Shown here: positions 10,549 through 21,400 of the stretch, one piece after another
Numbering within the stretch: the stretch's first letter is position 1
How the letters are laid out: each line of letters begins with the position of its first letter
Origin: Limisphaerales bacterium
Lineage (GTDB): Bacteria > Verrucomicrobiota > Verrucomicrobiia > Limisphaerales > AAA164-E04
Assembly: GCA_965242585.1 (NCBI GenBank)
Contig: OZ251460.1
Coordinates: 1,090,614 to 1,154,613 of the forward strand
DNA: 64,000 nucleotides
Direction of reading: 5' to 3'
Translations under genes and position numbers: made by a program
The notes under the pieces: model-generated
Database searches by the model: none
Told to the model about the DNA's origin: nothing
What the model saw: only the letters and a program-made list of their open reading frames with translations

Positions 10549-11469
10549 TCAACGAGGAAAGAGTTTTTTGTAAGCGTCAATAGCGGCTTTGGCGGCGGTT
10601 TCCGAATCAGGAAGCGGGAAGCATTCGGCGGAAACAAAGCCGTCGTAGTCCGATTTTTTCAGGACTTCAGCAATGGTTTCGAGATCGAGATGCCCCATGC
10701 CGGGCGCCCGGCGGTTAGAATCCACAAAGTGAACGTGGCCGATCCAGCCTTTGTCTTCCTCTTCCTGTTCGGAACCGTCTTCGGGTTTTTCCTCCGTTGC
10801 CTTTGGTTTCTTTTCTGTCTTGTCGCCGTTTGCCTGCGCGGAACGGTTTTTGAGCGCGAACGCAATCGAGGCAACGGGATCATCTTCCTCAATGTTCAAG
10901 TGGAAGACGTCAGCGAGAATCTTGACGTTGTCAGTGGTCAAGGAGTTGCAAAGTGCGACGGCTTCTTCAATGGTTTTGCAAACGTTCGTTTCGTAGCGGT
11001 TCAACGGCTCGTAAAAAAGCGGGACGCCTTCGCGCTTGGCCAGTTCTCCCAGTTTGTTCAAGGCGATGCGAATCCTGCTAAAAGCTTGTTTTCGAGTGAT
11101 GCCCCGTCCCCAGCGCCCTTGCATCGAGCCAATAATGGCGGGCGCTCCGAACTGGGCGCCGTAGAGAATCATGTCCCGGATGAATTTTTTGGCTTCCTTT
11201 TGTTTATCAGGATCAGGATCGCAAAGGGTAAGCCCGTGAACCAGCCTTCCGGCGCCCGTGCCCACTGCGGCCAGCGACAAATTGTGATCGGCCAGCAGAG
11301 ATTTTAAACGCGGCGCCGACACTGCCTCTGGCGACGACGCAAACAGCTCAATAGCGTCAAACCCAAGAGCCTCCGCCCTTCGGCAACTTTTTTCAATCCC
11401 TTCCCAAAAAACAAAAGGACCCCCGCGAGCTTCCTCAACGAGACTGACGGTGACGGCGGTTCGAATCAT
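10549..11469 (-). CDS. Sugar phosphate isomerase/epimerase (xylose-isomerase-like TIM barrel)
   Basis: GFDAIEL, YEPLNRYET, DVFHLNIEE and HVHFVDSNRRAPGMGHLD motifs. Confidence 0.85.
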   Translation of the reverse strand: MIRTAVTVSLVEEARGGPFVFWEGIEKSCRRAEALGFDAIELFASSPEAVSAPRLKSLLADHNLSLAAVGTGAGRLVHGLTLCDPDPDKQKEAKKFIRDMILYGAQFGAPAIIGSMQGRWGRGITRKQAFSRIRIALNKLGELAKREGVPLFYEPLNRYETNVCKTIEEAVALCNSLTTDNVKILADVFHLNIEEDDPVASIAFALKNRSAQANGDKTEKKPKATEEKPEDGSEQEEEDKGWIGHVHFVDSNRRAPGMGHLDLETIAEVLKKSDYDGFVSAECFPLPDSETAAKAAIDAYKKLFPR

Positions 11470-11499
11470 AGAAAACCCAAGTTTTGCAAGTTAACGGCT

Positions 11500-12441
11500 T
11501 TAGTTGTTTTGAGGAAGCCCTTCAACGTGACCGACATTCTTCACCAGCGCGAAAACGGCACGAACCTCCTCCAAAAGTTCTTTGTCCATCGGATCGCCTG
11601 CCCACTGCGCCCATTTAGCGATGTTTTTCGGATTGGCACTGCCGGCAATGGTAGTGGACAAATCGGGATGCGCAATAGAAAACTGCAACGCCAACTGCGC
11701 AATGTCGACGCCCCGTTCCGCGCAAATTGCGGCGGCTTTGCGAGCGGCAACCTTCACTTCCTCCGGCTCTTTGAGCCAAAGGGGAAGCAGCGCATTCGTC
11801 AACAAGCGAGCGCTAAAAGGCCCCGCGTTCATCGCCCCCACGCCCCGTTCCTTCAGCCAAGGCACGGTTTCCTCCGCAAAACGCGAGTTTTGCAAAGTGT
11901 ATTGGTTGTAGTTCAACACGCAGTCCACTTCAATCTGCTCAATCACAAACCGAAAAATCTTCTGCGGATACCCGCTAAAACCAAGATAGCGAACTTTTCC
12001 TTGATCCCGGACTTTTTGCATCGCCGGCAAAGTTTCGTCCACAATCTGTTGCATTGGAACAAACTCAATGTCATGGCAAAGCAAAATATCCAAATAATCC
12101 ACGCCGAGCCGATGAAGACTCACATCCACGCTCTCCGCAACCCGTTTGGCCGAAAAATCAAAATGCGCCAGATCATAACGACCCAACTTGGTGCAAAGCG
12201 TATAACAACCGCGCGGCACTTCCCGCAAAGCAATGCCGAGCAACACCTCGCTCATCCCGCGTCCGTAAAAGGGAGAAGTGTCGATAAAGTCTATGCCTAA
12301 ATCTAAGGCCGTCCGCACGCTAGCCATCGCCTCCTCAATCTTCACCGGACGAAACTCCTGCCCCAACGACGACGCTCCAAAACCCACTATTGGCAAACTC
12401 AAATCCGTCTTGCCCAACTTACGATGCTCCATAAACAACAC
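11500..12441 (-). CDS. Aldo/keto reductase
   Basis: RKLGKT..GFGASSLG, IDTSPFYG.G.SE, TKLGR and LGVDYLD motifs; alternative start at ATG 12432. Confidence 0.9.
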   Translation of the reverse strand: MLFMEHRKLGKTDLSLPIVGFGASSLGQEFRPVKIEEAMASVRTALDLGIDFIDTSPFYGRGMSEVLLGIALREVPRGCYTLCTKLGRYDLAHFDFSAKRVAESVDVSLHRLGVDYLDILLCHDIEFVPMQQIVDETLPAMQKVRDQGKVRYLGFSGYPQKIFRFVIEQIEVDCVLNYNQYTLQNSRFAEETVPWLKERGVGAMNAGPFSARLLTNALLPLWLKEPEEVKVAARKAAAICAERGVDIAQLALQFSIAHPDLSTTIAGSANPKNIAKWAQWAGDPMDKELLEEVRAVFALVKNVGHVEGLPQNN

Positions 12442-12485
12442 TCTCTCCCCAAAACCACATAAACCACTAATTTACCACCAACCAC

Positions 12486-12514
12486 AAAAAAGTCCAGTCC
12501 TTTGAAAGAACTGG
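12486..12514 (-). terminator. Intrinsic terminator of the 15413/13715 cassette
   Basis: Minus strand reads ccagttctt-tca-aaggactgg followed by actttttt. Confidence 0.55.
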
Positions 12515-12550
12515 CCTTGCTGGTTTGTTTGACAGTTGGATTGCTGTTGC

Positions 12551-13715
12551 CTACTCCGTTGGCAACTCCAACATTGGCGGCGGCGAAGGCGTAATCCTCT
12601 CCAAAATCGCCTCATATTCCTCTGGCGGCGGCAGCCGAACCGTGCCGTCCGTCGCTACCCGCAACGGAATCTCCCCATCTAACTTCTCATCTACTATGGC
12701 CACTTCCATCCCCTCATAATAAGGAACTGGATTGTCATCTACATCAATCAATCTGTCCCCGTGTCCCACAGTGATCGCCTTTCTTTCCGGCTCTGCGCCC
12801 GGCGGATAGCGAATTTCAATGTCTCCCACACGCTCGGCCTCTCGAATGACATACTTTTCATACCAACCCTCATAAGGCACTAGCAGTTCTTCTGTGCCGT
12901 TCATCAAAGCTTGTAACTCTGCTGAACCCCATCGAAGAGTGTTCGAGATCAGATTCGGATGCTCTGGAACCGCTTCCAAAACGCCTTCCACTTCCGCAAT
13001 CAAGCGATCCGCCAGCTTCCAAGCATTCGGCACATTTTCGTCCGAGAGCATTCTTAGATGCATCCACTCTGAACTACATAGCACTGCTGCCAAACTTTCC
13101 CGGTAACCTTTTGGGTGGTTGGTGCCAAGTACATTCTTTCCTCCATTGGCTAGACAATAGTGATGATGCCATAAGTGACCGAAGGCACGAAAGATCAGGT
13201 AAGGATCGTAGTCAAATCCATGTTCCTCTAAGATGCGACAGAAGTCTTCAAACGGCTTGGAGAACCTCCCTTCCCATTGGAAGAATTCCTTCAAAGCCAT
13301 GTGTATTCTTCCCGCGTCTTTGTCCGCCTGTCTTCGATGCTTCCAGCCATGTTCTAGTAGTTGCTTTTCCCGCGTGGTCCTTGGGTAATTCCTACTGCTA
13401 GGTCGAGTAGCGTAGCGCAACATGACTTGTTTCGGGTGGAACCGGTAATCTTTGGCCGGCGTCGGTTTCCAAGGGAAGTTCGCCTTCCAGTTGGCCAAAC
13501 GAATAGCCTCGGTTTGCCCTTCTGCCGTCAATGCCGACCGCCCCCGAATGCGTTGCCATCCTGTATCATTTGATTCTTCAACCTTTTCCGCATTGGGTAG
13601 TGGCGCTTGCCCTTCCACCGCCTCTTGTTCTTCCACAGGCCTCGGCCCTAACAATAACATCCCCCCCCCCAATCACTACCACCCCAAACAAAATGATCCA
13701 ATGTGACCTCTTCAT
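12551..13715 (-). CDS. Membrane-anchored hypothetical partner protein; N-terminus out of frame at a G10 tract
   Basis: RBS ggaggaaaacg and ATG at 13715 give MKRSHWIILFGVVVI. With G9 instead of G10 (C10 at 13661-13670) the frame continues as GGGMLLLGPR into ORF 12551..13672. Confidence 0.7.
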
Positions 13716-13736
13716 CGTTTTCCTCCGTCGTTTCGG

Positions 13737-15413
13737 TTAGCGAGTGGGTATCGTTTCCTCATCATAAAAGATGACTATCCAAGTGTCCACGTAGACTTTC
13801 CTTTCCGTATGGTCCGTGGCTTCGTCATCCGGCGTCTCTGCATCTGGTTTTTCCTTGATGGTGGCATCGTAAGTCTTTCTGTGTTTGCCCCACTTGTATT
13901 TCAGTCCGCCGACGGCTTGCTCGTTTTTGACCACGTGATTGTCCGGGCAGATGTCAATCATCTCCTCTGCGCCGTGTTCCCCAGCGGAAAGATCGACAGT
14001 TTCGCTTATGTTTTTTTCCCAAGGAGCCGAGTAATCCCAGTATCCGAAGCTTCCGGCGGATCCCTTTTTCTTTGCCTGTTCATCGTTTACATACCTCAGC
14101 CTCTTTTTATCAAACTGGACAGCGGCTTTGAACATCAGGCCGTCGCTTTTCGCCTCTCTGCGCAGTGCCGCGCTGATGGATCCGCCGGGATTGTCCGGGT
14201 TGTATAACTCTGTGTAAAGCCTGACTGCCGGATATTCGTATTTCCAAGATGTAGAAGAAGGACTGTTGTCGATGACCGCCTTGCCGCCGCGTATCCAGTC
14301 GCCAACATCCAGAGTGGCGTGGTTGGGATCTCCGTTCATCAAGGCTCCCGCATCGACAATTCTCTGCCATTCTTCTTTTGTGCGGTAAGAGTCCGAGGTG
14401 GAGTAGGAACTTTCCCATTTTTGAACTAGATCACCGTCGTCGTTTGCCTCCACTTTGTCGGACCACTCATAAGTGTAGGCATAGTTCCCGCGTTGATGAT
14501 ATTCGCCTTTTAAACTCTGTGAGTAAGTGGTTTCTCCGCCATTTAGAGGAATCCGTATTACGGGATTATCATGAGTCACATCTTCATCGGCAGGGCCTCC
14601 AGAAGTTCCGTTTGCATTTTGTATTAAGTAAGACACTCTTGGAATTTCGGTCTTTCTGGCGTAGGTTTCTAATTGGGCTCTTGCTCCGATTTTCGGCGTT
14701 GCGTCTCGCGGCATATTGACGTTAATCGTGATGGAAGAGTTGACGGTGCCGTCGTCGTTGACGAATTCGTCGATCATTTGATCTACGGTGTAAACCGTGG
14801 TGCCGCCGGCGATGGTTCCCCAAATGAGCTTCCACAACCTTTTGGCTTTTTCCTTCCATCCTTCGGGGATTTGGATCCTTTTAGCGGTTGACGCTGTGCT
14901 AACTGTGCTGGCCGAGGCGGAGGCGGGGGAAAAGGAGGCTTTGACGCTGTAATAGCCCGTCCCAGAGTTTTGAGAACCAACCTGCAAGCTGTAGCTGTAG
15001 CCAGCGTTCACTTGGTGGCTAATGCGGAAGTTGCGACCTGATCCGCTATTTTCGTCGTAGTCCAAGTATCCGCCGGAGTTGTTCCACAAGTAGCCCCAAG
15101 TGTCGATGTTGCCGGTAGTTTCCATGGTTAGAGTTCCCGGATAGCTCACTTGGAAGTTGTAGAAATGGTAGCCGCTGCCGCGCAAATACGCGCTTTGCGA
15201 TTCTTCCCAAGCTCCCGAAGTTGTGGGAACGGGAAACTGATAGCTTTGGGAGTGCGTTGAGATCGCTCCGCCAAACAGCGGGGCGGCAACGAGGGCGATT
15301 TTCCCCGCTTTGGGAAAAGAGCGGGCCGACTTCTGCGCCAAGGCAGTTTTCTTTTGAGCCGCCGCTGTTGCGACGACGCTAATAATGGTCAACAATGAGG
15401 TTTTGATACTCAT
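13737..15413 (-). CDS. Secreted hypothetical protein: extended signal peptide, PPC-like domain, unknown C-terminal region
   Basis: About 55-aa Ala/Lys-rich leader; PPC-like FQV..PGTLTMETTGNIDTWGYL....LDYDENSGSGRNFRI. Confidence 0.7.
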   Translation of the reverse strand: MSIKTSLLTIISVVATAAAQKKTALAQKSARSFPKAGKIALVAAPLFGGAISTHSQSYQFPVPTTSGAWEESQSAYLRGSGYHFYNFQVSYPGTLTMETTGNIDTWGYLWNNSGGYLDYDENSGSGRNFRISHQVNAGYSYSLQVGSQNSGTGYYSVKASFSPASASASTVSTASTAKRIQIPEGWKEKAKRLWKLIWGTIAGGTTVYTVDQMIDEFVNDDGTVNSSITINVNMPRDATPKIGARAQLETYARKTEIPRVSYLIQNANGTSGGPADEDVTHDNPVIRIPLNGGETTYSQSLKGEYHQRGNYAYTYEWSDKVEANDDGDLVQKWESSYSTSDSYRTKEEWQRIVDAGALMNGDPNHATLDVGDWIRGGKAVIDNSPSSTSWKYEYPAVRLYTELYNPDNPGGSISAALRREAKSDGLMFKAAVQFDKKRLRYVNDEQAKKKGSAGSFGYWDYSAPWEKNISETVDLSAGEHGAEEMIDICPDNHVVKNEQAVGGLKYKWGKHRKTYDATIKEKPDAETPDDEATDHTERKVYVDTWIVIFYDEETIPTR

Positions 15414-15472
15414 AGCCGATGTCCTTTATGTGTACTGTTTGGTGTCTTTTCTTGCAAATAAAGTTTTCCGGC

Positions 15473-15653
15473 AACCGCCGAGCAGACACGCAATCTCCAC
15501 GGCACCAAGCCATTACAAGACACCGAGCAGTTCGATAACACGAAGGGTTCCGCTTTGTTTATCCGAAACACTGAAAGGATCAATTCTCGGCGCCATTCGG
15601 GCTATTCTATTTAGCGAGTAACCCGATTTAACGGGCCGCTCGGCGACTTGTTA
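15473..15653 (-). ncRNA. Putative structured 5' leader RNA
   Basis: Enclosing 13-bp stem agtcgccgagcgg/ctgctcggcggtt (15636-15648 with 15473-15485); inner hairpins tcgggtta/tagcccga and gcgccgag/ctcggtgt; deviations are G.U on the minus strand. Confidence 0.5.
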
Positions 15654-15658
15654 AAGAC

Positions 15659-15687
15659 AATCTGCCAGAAACTAAATCGAGATGCAG
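15659..15687 (-). promoter_or_regulatory. Putative promoter CTGCAT-N17-CAGATT with upstream A-tracts
   Basis: Same GGCAGATTG -10 context as the 3869 promoter; the predicted TSS falls at the start of the leader stem. Confidence 0.4.
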
Positions 15688-15773
15688 GCGTTTTTTCGTC
15701 TTTTTGATTTTTCTTGGGGGCGAAGATTTTGTGGAATGCTTTGAAAAAAAATCGCTTTTTGAACGAAGAAGAG

Positions 15774-16904
15774 TTAGGCGGGCCAAGCGCGGTTGAGAAA
15801 GCGAATCCAGTTTTTAGAGAGAATGTTTTCGGTGTCGGAGTTGGAGTATCCGCGTCGGCGGAGGAGGGAGGCGAGGGTTTGGAGTTTTTCAATGGAGTCC
15901 AGTTCGACGGGGCATTGTTCGGTTCCAAAGCCGCCGTCTAAGTCGCTACCGATGCCGACGTGGTTGACGTTGCCGGCGATTTGGCAGATATGGTCGACGT
16001 GGTTGACGGCGGTTTCGAGGGTGAGAGAGTGTTGTTGGGGAGTTGACTTTCCTGAAATCCAGTCGGGAATCAACATCCGGGCGTCGAGAGCGATTCCGAT
16101 GACGGCGCCGCGTTGGATGAGGAGGCGGATTTGTTGGTCGTTGAGTTGGCGTTGATGCGGTGTGATGGCGCGGCAGTTGGAGTGGCTGGCCCAAACGGGG
16201 CCGTTGAAATGTTCGAGACTTTCTTGAAAGCCTTCGTCTGTGAGGTGAGTGACGTCGAGGATGATTCCCATTTGATCCATTTCGTGCAGGAGGGCTCGCC
16301 CGCGGGCGGTGAGGCCTCCTTTGGCATTCGTGCCGGCGGCGTAAGTTCCCGGTCCATAGTGCGCAAGGCCAATAGCGCGGAGGCCTGAGGCATAGGCTTC
16401 GGCCAAGTAATCCAGATTCACGATTGAATCGGCGCCTTCGAGGCTGAGAAGGTAGCCGATGGGAAGGTCGGGGGTTAGTTTTTCTTCGCCGCAAGCGCTT
16501 TGCAAGTGGGGACGGTTGGTCGACAACCATTGGTGGAGGTGTTCGTGAAGTTGTTTGCGATTGGTGATTTGTCTGAGTTGTCGATCTTTTTCCATTGCGC
16601 GATACCAGCTGAGTTGGGCTTGGGTTTGAGCGTAGGCTTGTTCGGGCGAGAACCAGCCAGAACGGAAATTACCGGGTTGGGCGCATCGGGCAATTTGGGT
16701 AGCCACGCAAAGGCCGATGTTTCCCCGACGCATGGCGGGGAAGCTGACAACTCCTTTTGCGCGATCTTTTTTGTCGTTCATGGAGGTTTCTCTTCGGCGA
16801 ATTTCATCTAGGTCGCAGCGAAGGTCGCGGTTCCATTCCATAGCGTTCATGGACAGATCTAAGTGAGCGTCGAAGAGAAAAGGGTGGGGCGGTCTTTTAT
16901 TCAT
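15774..16904 (-). CDS. Membrane dipeptidase (peptidase M19)
   Basis: FDAHLD, SLEGAD, LDVTHL, ASHSNCR and HVGIGSDLDGG motifs. Confidence 0.9.
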   Translation of the reverse strand: MNKRPPHPFLFDAHLDLSMNAMEWNRDLRCDLDEIRRRETSMNDKKDRAKGVVSFPAMRRGNIGLCVATQIARCAQPGNFRSGWFSPEQAYAQTQAQLSWYRAMEKDRQLRQITNRKQLHEHLHQWLSTNRPHLQSACGEEKLTPDLPIGYLLSLEGADSIVNLDYLAEAYASGLRAIGLAHYGPGTYAAGTNAKGGLTARGRALLHEMDQMGIILDVTHLTDEGFQESLEHFNGPVWASHSNCRAITPHQRQLNDQQIRLLIQRGAVIGIALDARMLIPDWISGKSTPQQHSLTLETAVNHVDHICQIAGNVNHVGIGSDLDGGFGTEQCPVELDSIEKLQTLASLLRRRGYSNSDTENILSKNWIRFLNRAWPA

Positions 16905-16910
16905 AATGAA

Positions 16911-17516
16911 TTAGATGCCGAGTGAGCAGTCTCGCGCTTGGATTAGCCAGCAGTCAATCACTTCGTCGGCGTCGGAGCGGGTAAATGCGTTGTTGTAAGG
17001 CGCTGCGGTCGGGCAAACGTGCCGGGAATGCCGAGGAAGAAGTCTCCGAGAAAACGGTTTTTGGCGAATCGGCTGCGGACGACAAGATGCTCTTCGCTGT
17101 GGCTCTTTATTTCCGCATCGGGCCGAGCGGCAAAAATCACTCTGGGTTGCGGTTTGTCTGCGGAAGCCGCTTTGTATCCGAGGTGGAGACATAGATTTTC
17201 TTCGCTCAAACGACAATGTCGCTACCAACGGCCTGCTTGGCCAAAAGAACGCTGTCGCCTCCGTTTTGGGCGATCATTTCCGCCTCGGCAATTGTGGCGC
17301 ATTTGAACTTGCGAATGCCTCCAAGCATCTGGCGGGCGACGAGAGCCGGGCATTTTTGAGTGTTGCCGGGTGGATGCGGAGGACGAGACGGGGATCCGGC
17401 CAATCGCAACTTGGAGTCGATGTTCTGATCCATAGCGGATTGCCGAAAGAGCAATGCCGGCGACGGGAGTTCGCTGAGACAGGAATAGCGCACAAACGCA
17501 GTTCTTTTTCCGCCAA
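16911..17516 (-). pseudogene. D-threonine-aldolase-family (D-TA) PLP enzyme remnant with internal deletion and frameshifts
   Basis: Three frames give PSPALL..NI..KFKCATIAEAEM..VLLA.Q.VG, then LCLHLGYKA..PRV.F..SHSEEHLVV, then HVCPT..W.I.ARD. The PHxKTHK lysine motif is degraded. Lies between ridA-like and dipeptidase genes. Confidence 0.8.
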
Positions 17517-17517
17517 G

Positions 17518-17982
17518 CTAAGGAACGAGCTCGAAAGTGGATTCGATTTCGACGGAAATTCTTCCGGGAAGAGAGCTCACGCCAACTGCGCTTCGTGTGC
17601 CGACGCCATTGTCGGCGCCAAAGACTTCGGCGAAAAGTTCGCTGCATCCGTTGATCACTTGGGGATGCTCGGCAAAGTCCGCCGCCGCATAAACCATTCC
17701 CAGCAAGTGAATCACTCGCCGAATGCGATTCAAACTGCCGAGCCGGTCTCTAATGGTGGCGAGAATAGCCAAGCCGGCTTGCCGTGCGGCGGCTTTTCCA
17801 AATTCGAGACTCGCCTCGGCGCCTACTTGCCCGGTGAGCAAAGTGCCGTCTGTCTGCAGAGGGCCGTGTCCGGAAACGCGGACGACGTTGCCGACGATGA
17901 GAAGCGGTTTGTAGAGGCCGGCTGGTTGAGAAACCGGAGGCAGTTTCAAGCCAAGCTCGGCGAGTTTTGCTTCTGGATTCAT
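17518..17982 (-). CDS. RidA/YjgF family protein
   Basis: LAELGLKLPP..PAGLY, VSGHGP, HPQVINGCSEL and RSAVGVSSLP motifs. Confidence 0.9.
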   Translation of the reverse strand: MNPEAKLAELGLKLPPVSQPAGLYKPLLIVGNVVRVSGHGPLQTDGTLLTGQVGAEASLEFGKAAARQAGLAILATIRDRLGSLNRIRRVIHLLGMVYAAADFAEHPQVINGCSELFAEVFGADNGVGTRSAVGVSSLPGRISVEIESTFELVP

Positions 17983-18244
17983 GAGAATTTTCTCTCTCGT
18001 TCCGTTTCGTTTAGTGAGACAACAGAAAAGTAGATAACCGCCAACGACAAATCAATCTCCGAAATCGGACTTTCCGCGCCATCGAACCGATTCCAATATC
18101 CACGGGCTTTGAACCTCCAAAATCTCACTCTTTGCAACCGAAGCCACAAACACCGCTTCCGCTCCTCGCTGATATTCAGGCCTGTTTGGTTTGGAAAAAC
18201 GGACGATGCGTTGTGCAGTCAAAGTTGAGAATTCCCCTTTTTGA

Positions 18245-18450
18245 TTGGCATACGGTTTCGCCTTGCTTAACTTCAACAAATTGTTGATGTATCTCGATCT
18301 GGACCCGGAGAAGTCCAACATCCTTGATCATCCGCTGGCAAAACAATTCCTTGGCGAAGCCGAAAAAGAAACGGACAAAAATCAGCAAGGCGATGCTCTG
18401 AATTTAAACGAAGAGCATTCCATTGACGAAACACTCAACATTCATGACAG
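18245..18450 (+). pseudogene. Internal fragment of a DUF4011-helicase (Hhe-like) defence protein
   Basis: ALLNFNKLLMYLDLDPE..NILDHPL.KQFLG...EEHSIDE resembles the DUF4011-to-helicase linker; no start, and the rest of the gene is absent. Confidence 0.55.
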
Positions 18451-18482
18451 TCGGCGGCATAACTGCTGCTGCTGTTGTGGTG

Positions 18483-21400
18483 TTAGCCTTCTTCGGGATT
18501 GTCCCCGCTCTGATGCTCTCTGATCCAAGCGGGCGACAAGTTGAAGCGGGCGATAGTATCCAGAATCCTTTGGGCCGGGTTCTGAATCTTGGAAACTCTC
18601 TCCACACCCTTTGTGGTAGCGTTTTCCACGACATACAGCCAGTAAGCATTCTGCTTCTTCAAGGCAAACCTAAACTGTGTGATTGATAGGGTTACGGAGG
18701 ACAGAGCCCCTGCGCTGGACTTGACTTCGATCCACCGCTTCGGCTGGTCATTCGGACCCGGTTCCCACAAGTCAAACCCAGGATTCCCGTCTTTAGTCCG
18801 ATTCAAGAAACGTTCCTCCTTGAGGTTGAGGATGAACTTGATTGCCGCGTCTTCAACCTCCCTATTGTGCTGGTCGCCATCGCCATATCCATCCCCATTC
18901 CTCCCACCCGAAGACGTGCGTAGGGTGATGCTGATGCTTGGCCTGGGTTGGCTGATTTGCCCGTCGGATTTATTGGGGATCCGGTCAGTCCGGCTCCTTA
19001 CTCCAGTGAGTTCGTCGGTAGCCGGGCGTGGCCCCGTCGAAAAGCCAGTCGGGTTGCCAGCTCCCGGCTCACCAGCCAATTGTCCCGTATAGGAAACATC
19101 ATTGGTGGCCTCGGAATTCTTGAGCAAAAACGCTTTTATCTGAGTCAGAGGAATGTTGCTGTTCTTCTTCAGGAATCCTATAAAGTAATGTAAAGCCTCC
19201 CGGTCAATGCCCTCATTTTCGGCGACTTTGTCAACATCACTCGACAGGAATCCAATTTTCTCGGCAAGGGATGGATTGGCTTCCCACCCGATATCCGCGA
19301 AAGCCACATTTGTCGGTGACTGCAACTCCTGACGGTTCCCATCCGGAACCCACTTGGTCCCGCTCAGCCGTTTAACGAAATTAGCCGGAAACGTTGCGTG
19401 GTTCTCCGAGTAGTAGTGCCAGCTATAGCGGCCTTTGAACGCCGAATCACCCCGGTAGCTCTGGAATTCGCACAAGGCTTTCCACAGCAACTTGGCCCTT
19501 TCAGATGCTTGCTCAAACGGCATTGAGTCCATTTTGTCCAAGAGATCTTTCAAACCCATAAGCGTGTAGTCACGCACAGCGTGATCACGCGTACGTTTCC
19601 CATTACTAACATTGCGCCTGAGCGAGTATTTCTCTTTTTCTGTTAATTCACGTTCCACCCGCTTCCGGGCCAAGCGGTCCGGAGTCCCAGCAGCCGCCAA
19701 TAGGTTATGAGCTTCACCGGGCACAATGTTATCGTCTAACAACAACACGCCAGAAACGCCCTGGAACAAGGCTTTCAAGCTGTCGGTAGGCCAATAAGCC
19801 TCGCCGGGAAGAACGAACTGCCGGACGTTGGTGGCGGCATCTACGGCAATGGTGAACTTGACTTTGCCGATTTCGCCTGCTAGGAGTTGGCGTTGTTCGC
19901 GCGACGCTGATTCATAAGCGTTAAGTGCCTGCGCCAAATCGCCACGATAGACTTCGCAGACTTTGTCAGAGACCAGTACGAGATCCTTGTCGTACTTGGG
20001 CAGGATGTTCCTGATTACATAGTCAACAGGGTCGGGTTCCCTCAGTTTTAGGCTTCGGAGAAACTCCAAAGCCTCATTAGACTGGCACACGCTTGACTTA
20101 ACGGTAGGAAAGCCGGTAGGCGGTGCCTTGCTGGGCAGATATGCTTGTGGCGCGTCGCCATCGAAAGCGACGGTATGGACGCCGGTTTCCAAGCGCACGA
20201 GGGGCGGTGTCACCGGGAGACGCCTTAAAACGCTTTTCTGCCCATTGAAGAATTCATACGAGCGCATTATCCATTCGTCGGGCTGTGCTTCCAGAAATTC
20301 TTGCGTCAAGCGGCGAACTAACCAATCCGGCGTAACTTCGGTTATGACAAGCTGTTTCCTGAGGTAATTACGGATTTCAGGCGTCTGATCGGAGGTGATG
20401 CCGCCACCAATCCACTGGGGGTTGGCGTCTTCCGGGAACAACCCGGCCAGTTGTTCCGGGCCTATCAGCTCCTGCAAGTCGCCGGTTTTGGCCAGCTTGG
20501 CGTTCTTTCCGGCGATATGGCCGCCGCCGTAGGCCGGGAGCAGCTTTTCGTCCAGCAGGGCGTCTTTGACCGCTTGGAACATTTGGGCAAACCGGCCGCC
20601 TTCGTCAAAATCAGGTTCCATTTTCAGCGGCAGCGTCTGTAGCGCAGACGCATTAAGCCAACCGAGTCCGCGCAACTCTCTTAACGATTCGACCAGCAAA
20701 GTTGCGGTTTCTTGGGCAAGATACTGATTCCAACTATCAGGGTGGTTAATGTTTTCCCGGCTTGGCGGGGTGTTGTAGGGGCCATGCATTAAGAACCCAA
20801 GATTGGTTTTCAGCTTCGTCGGGAAGAAAACGAACAACTTTGAATCTGCCACAGAACACACAGACAGGTTTTGGCTGCCAGCGTCGCTATGCTCCAGCAG
20901 GAAAGCAATCTCAACGAAGCCTGCGGGTTTCTCATCTTTCTCAACGGGGCGAGAAAAGACAATCCACTGCTCACCTCCTGCCAAGTCATCACCAGGCCCG
21001 ACTAATCGCACTTGCCGAACATTCAAGGCGTGATGGGACGACACCTTTGAGGGGATGCTCCGGTGTCGCTTGACTGGCCTCCCGTCAACCGACCACGCTA
21101 TTTCTTCAATCTCCCGGAGAAAGAGCAGCGTTCGGGTTGCCATAGTTTGCAACCATTTAAACACTACTTCTTTTGCGGTCTCTCCTTCCACTAAGTCCTT
21201 GTTGAACGGGATGATGATTTGCGTCTCTCCCGTGTTCAAAGCCCTTTCATTTGCTGAGTGGGGGAAAACGAGTGACTCTATCGCGAAATGCTCATCGCCC
21301 GAATGAATTTCCGGCCGGCTGGTGAAATTGTAAACCGACTTGAAGCCGATGCCGAACTGCCCAATGCTGGTCAGCTCTTCCAGCTTAGTGCTTTCTCCAG

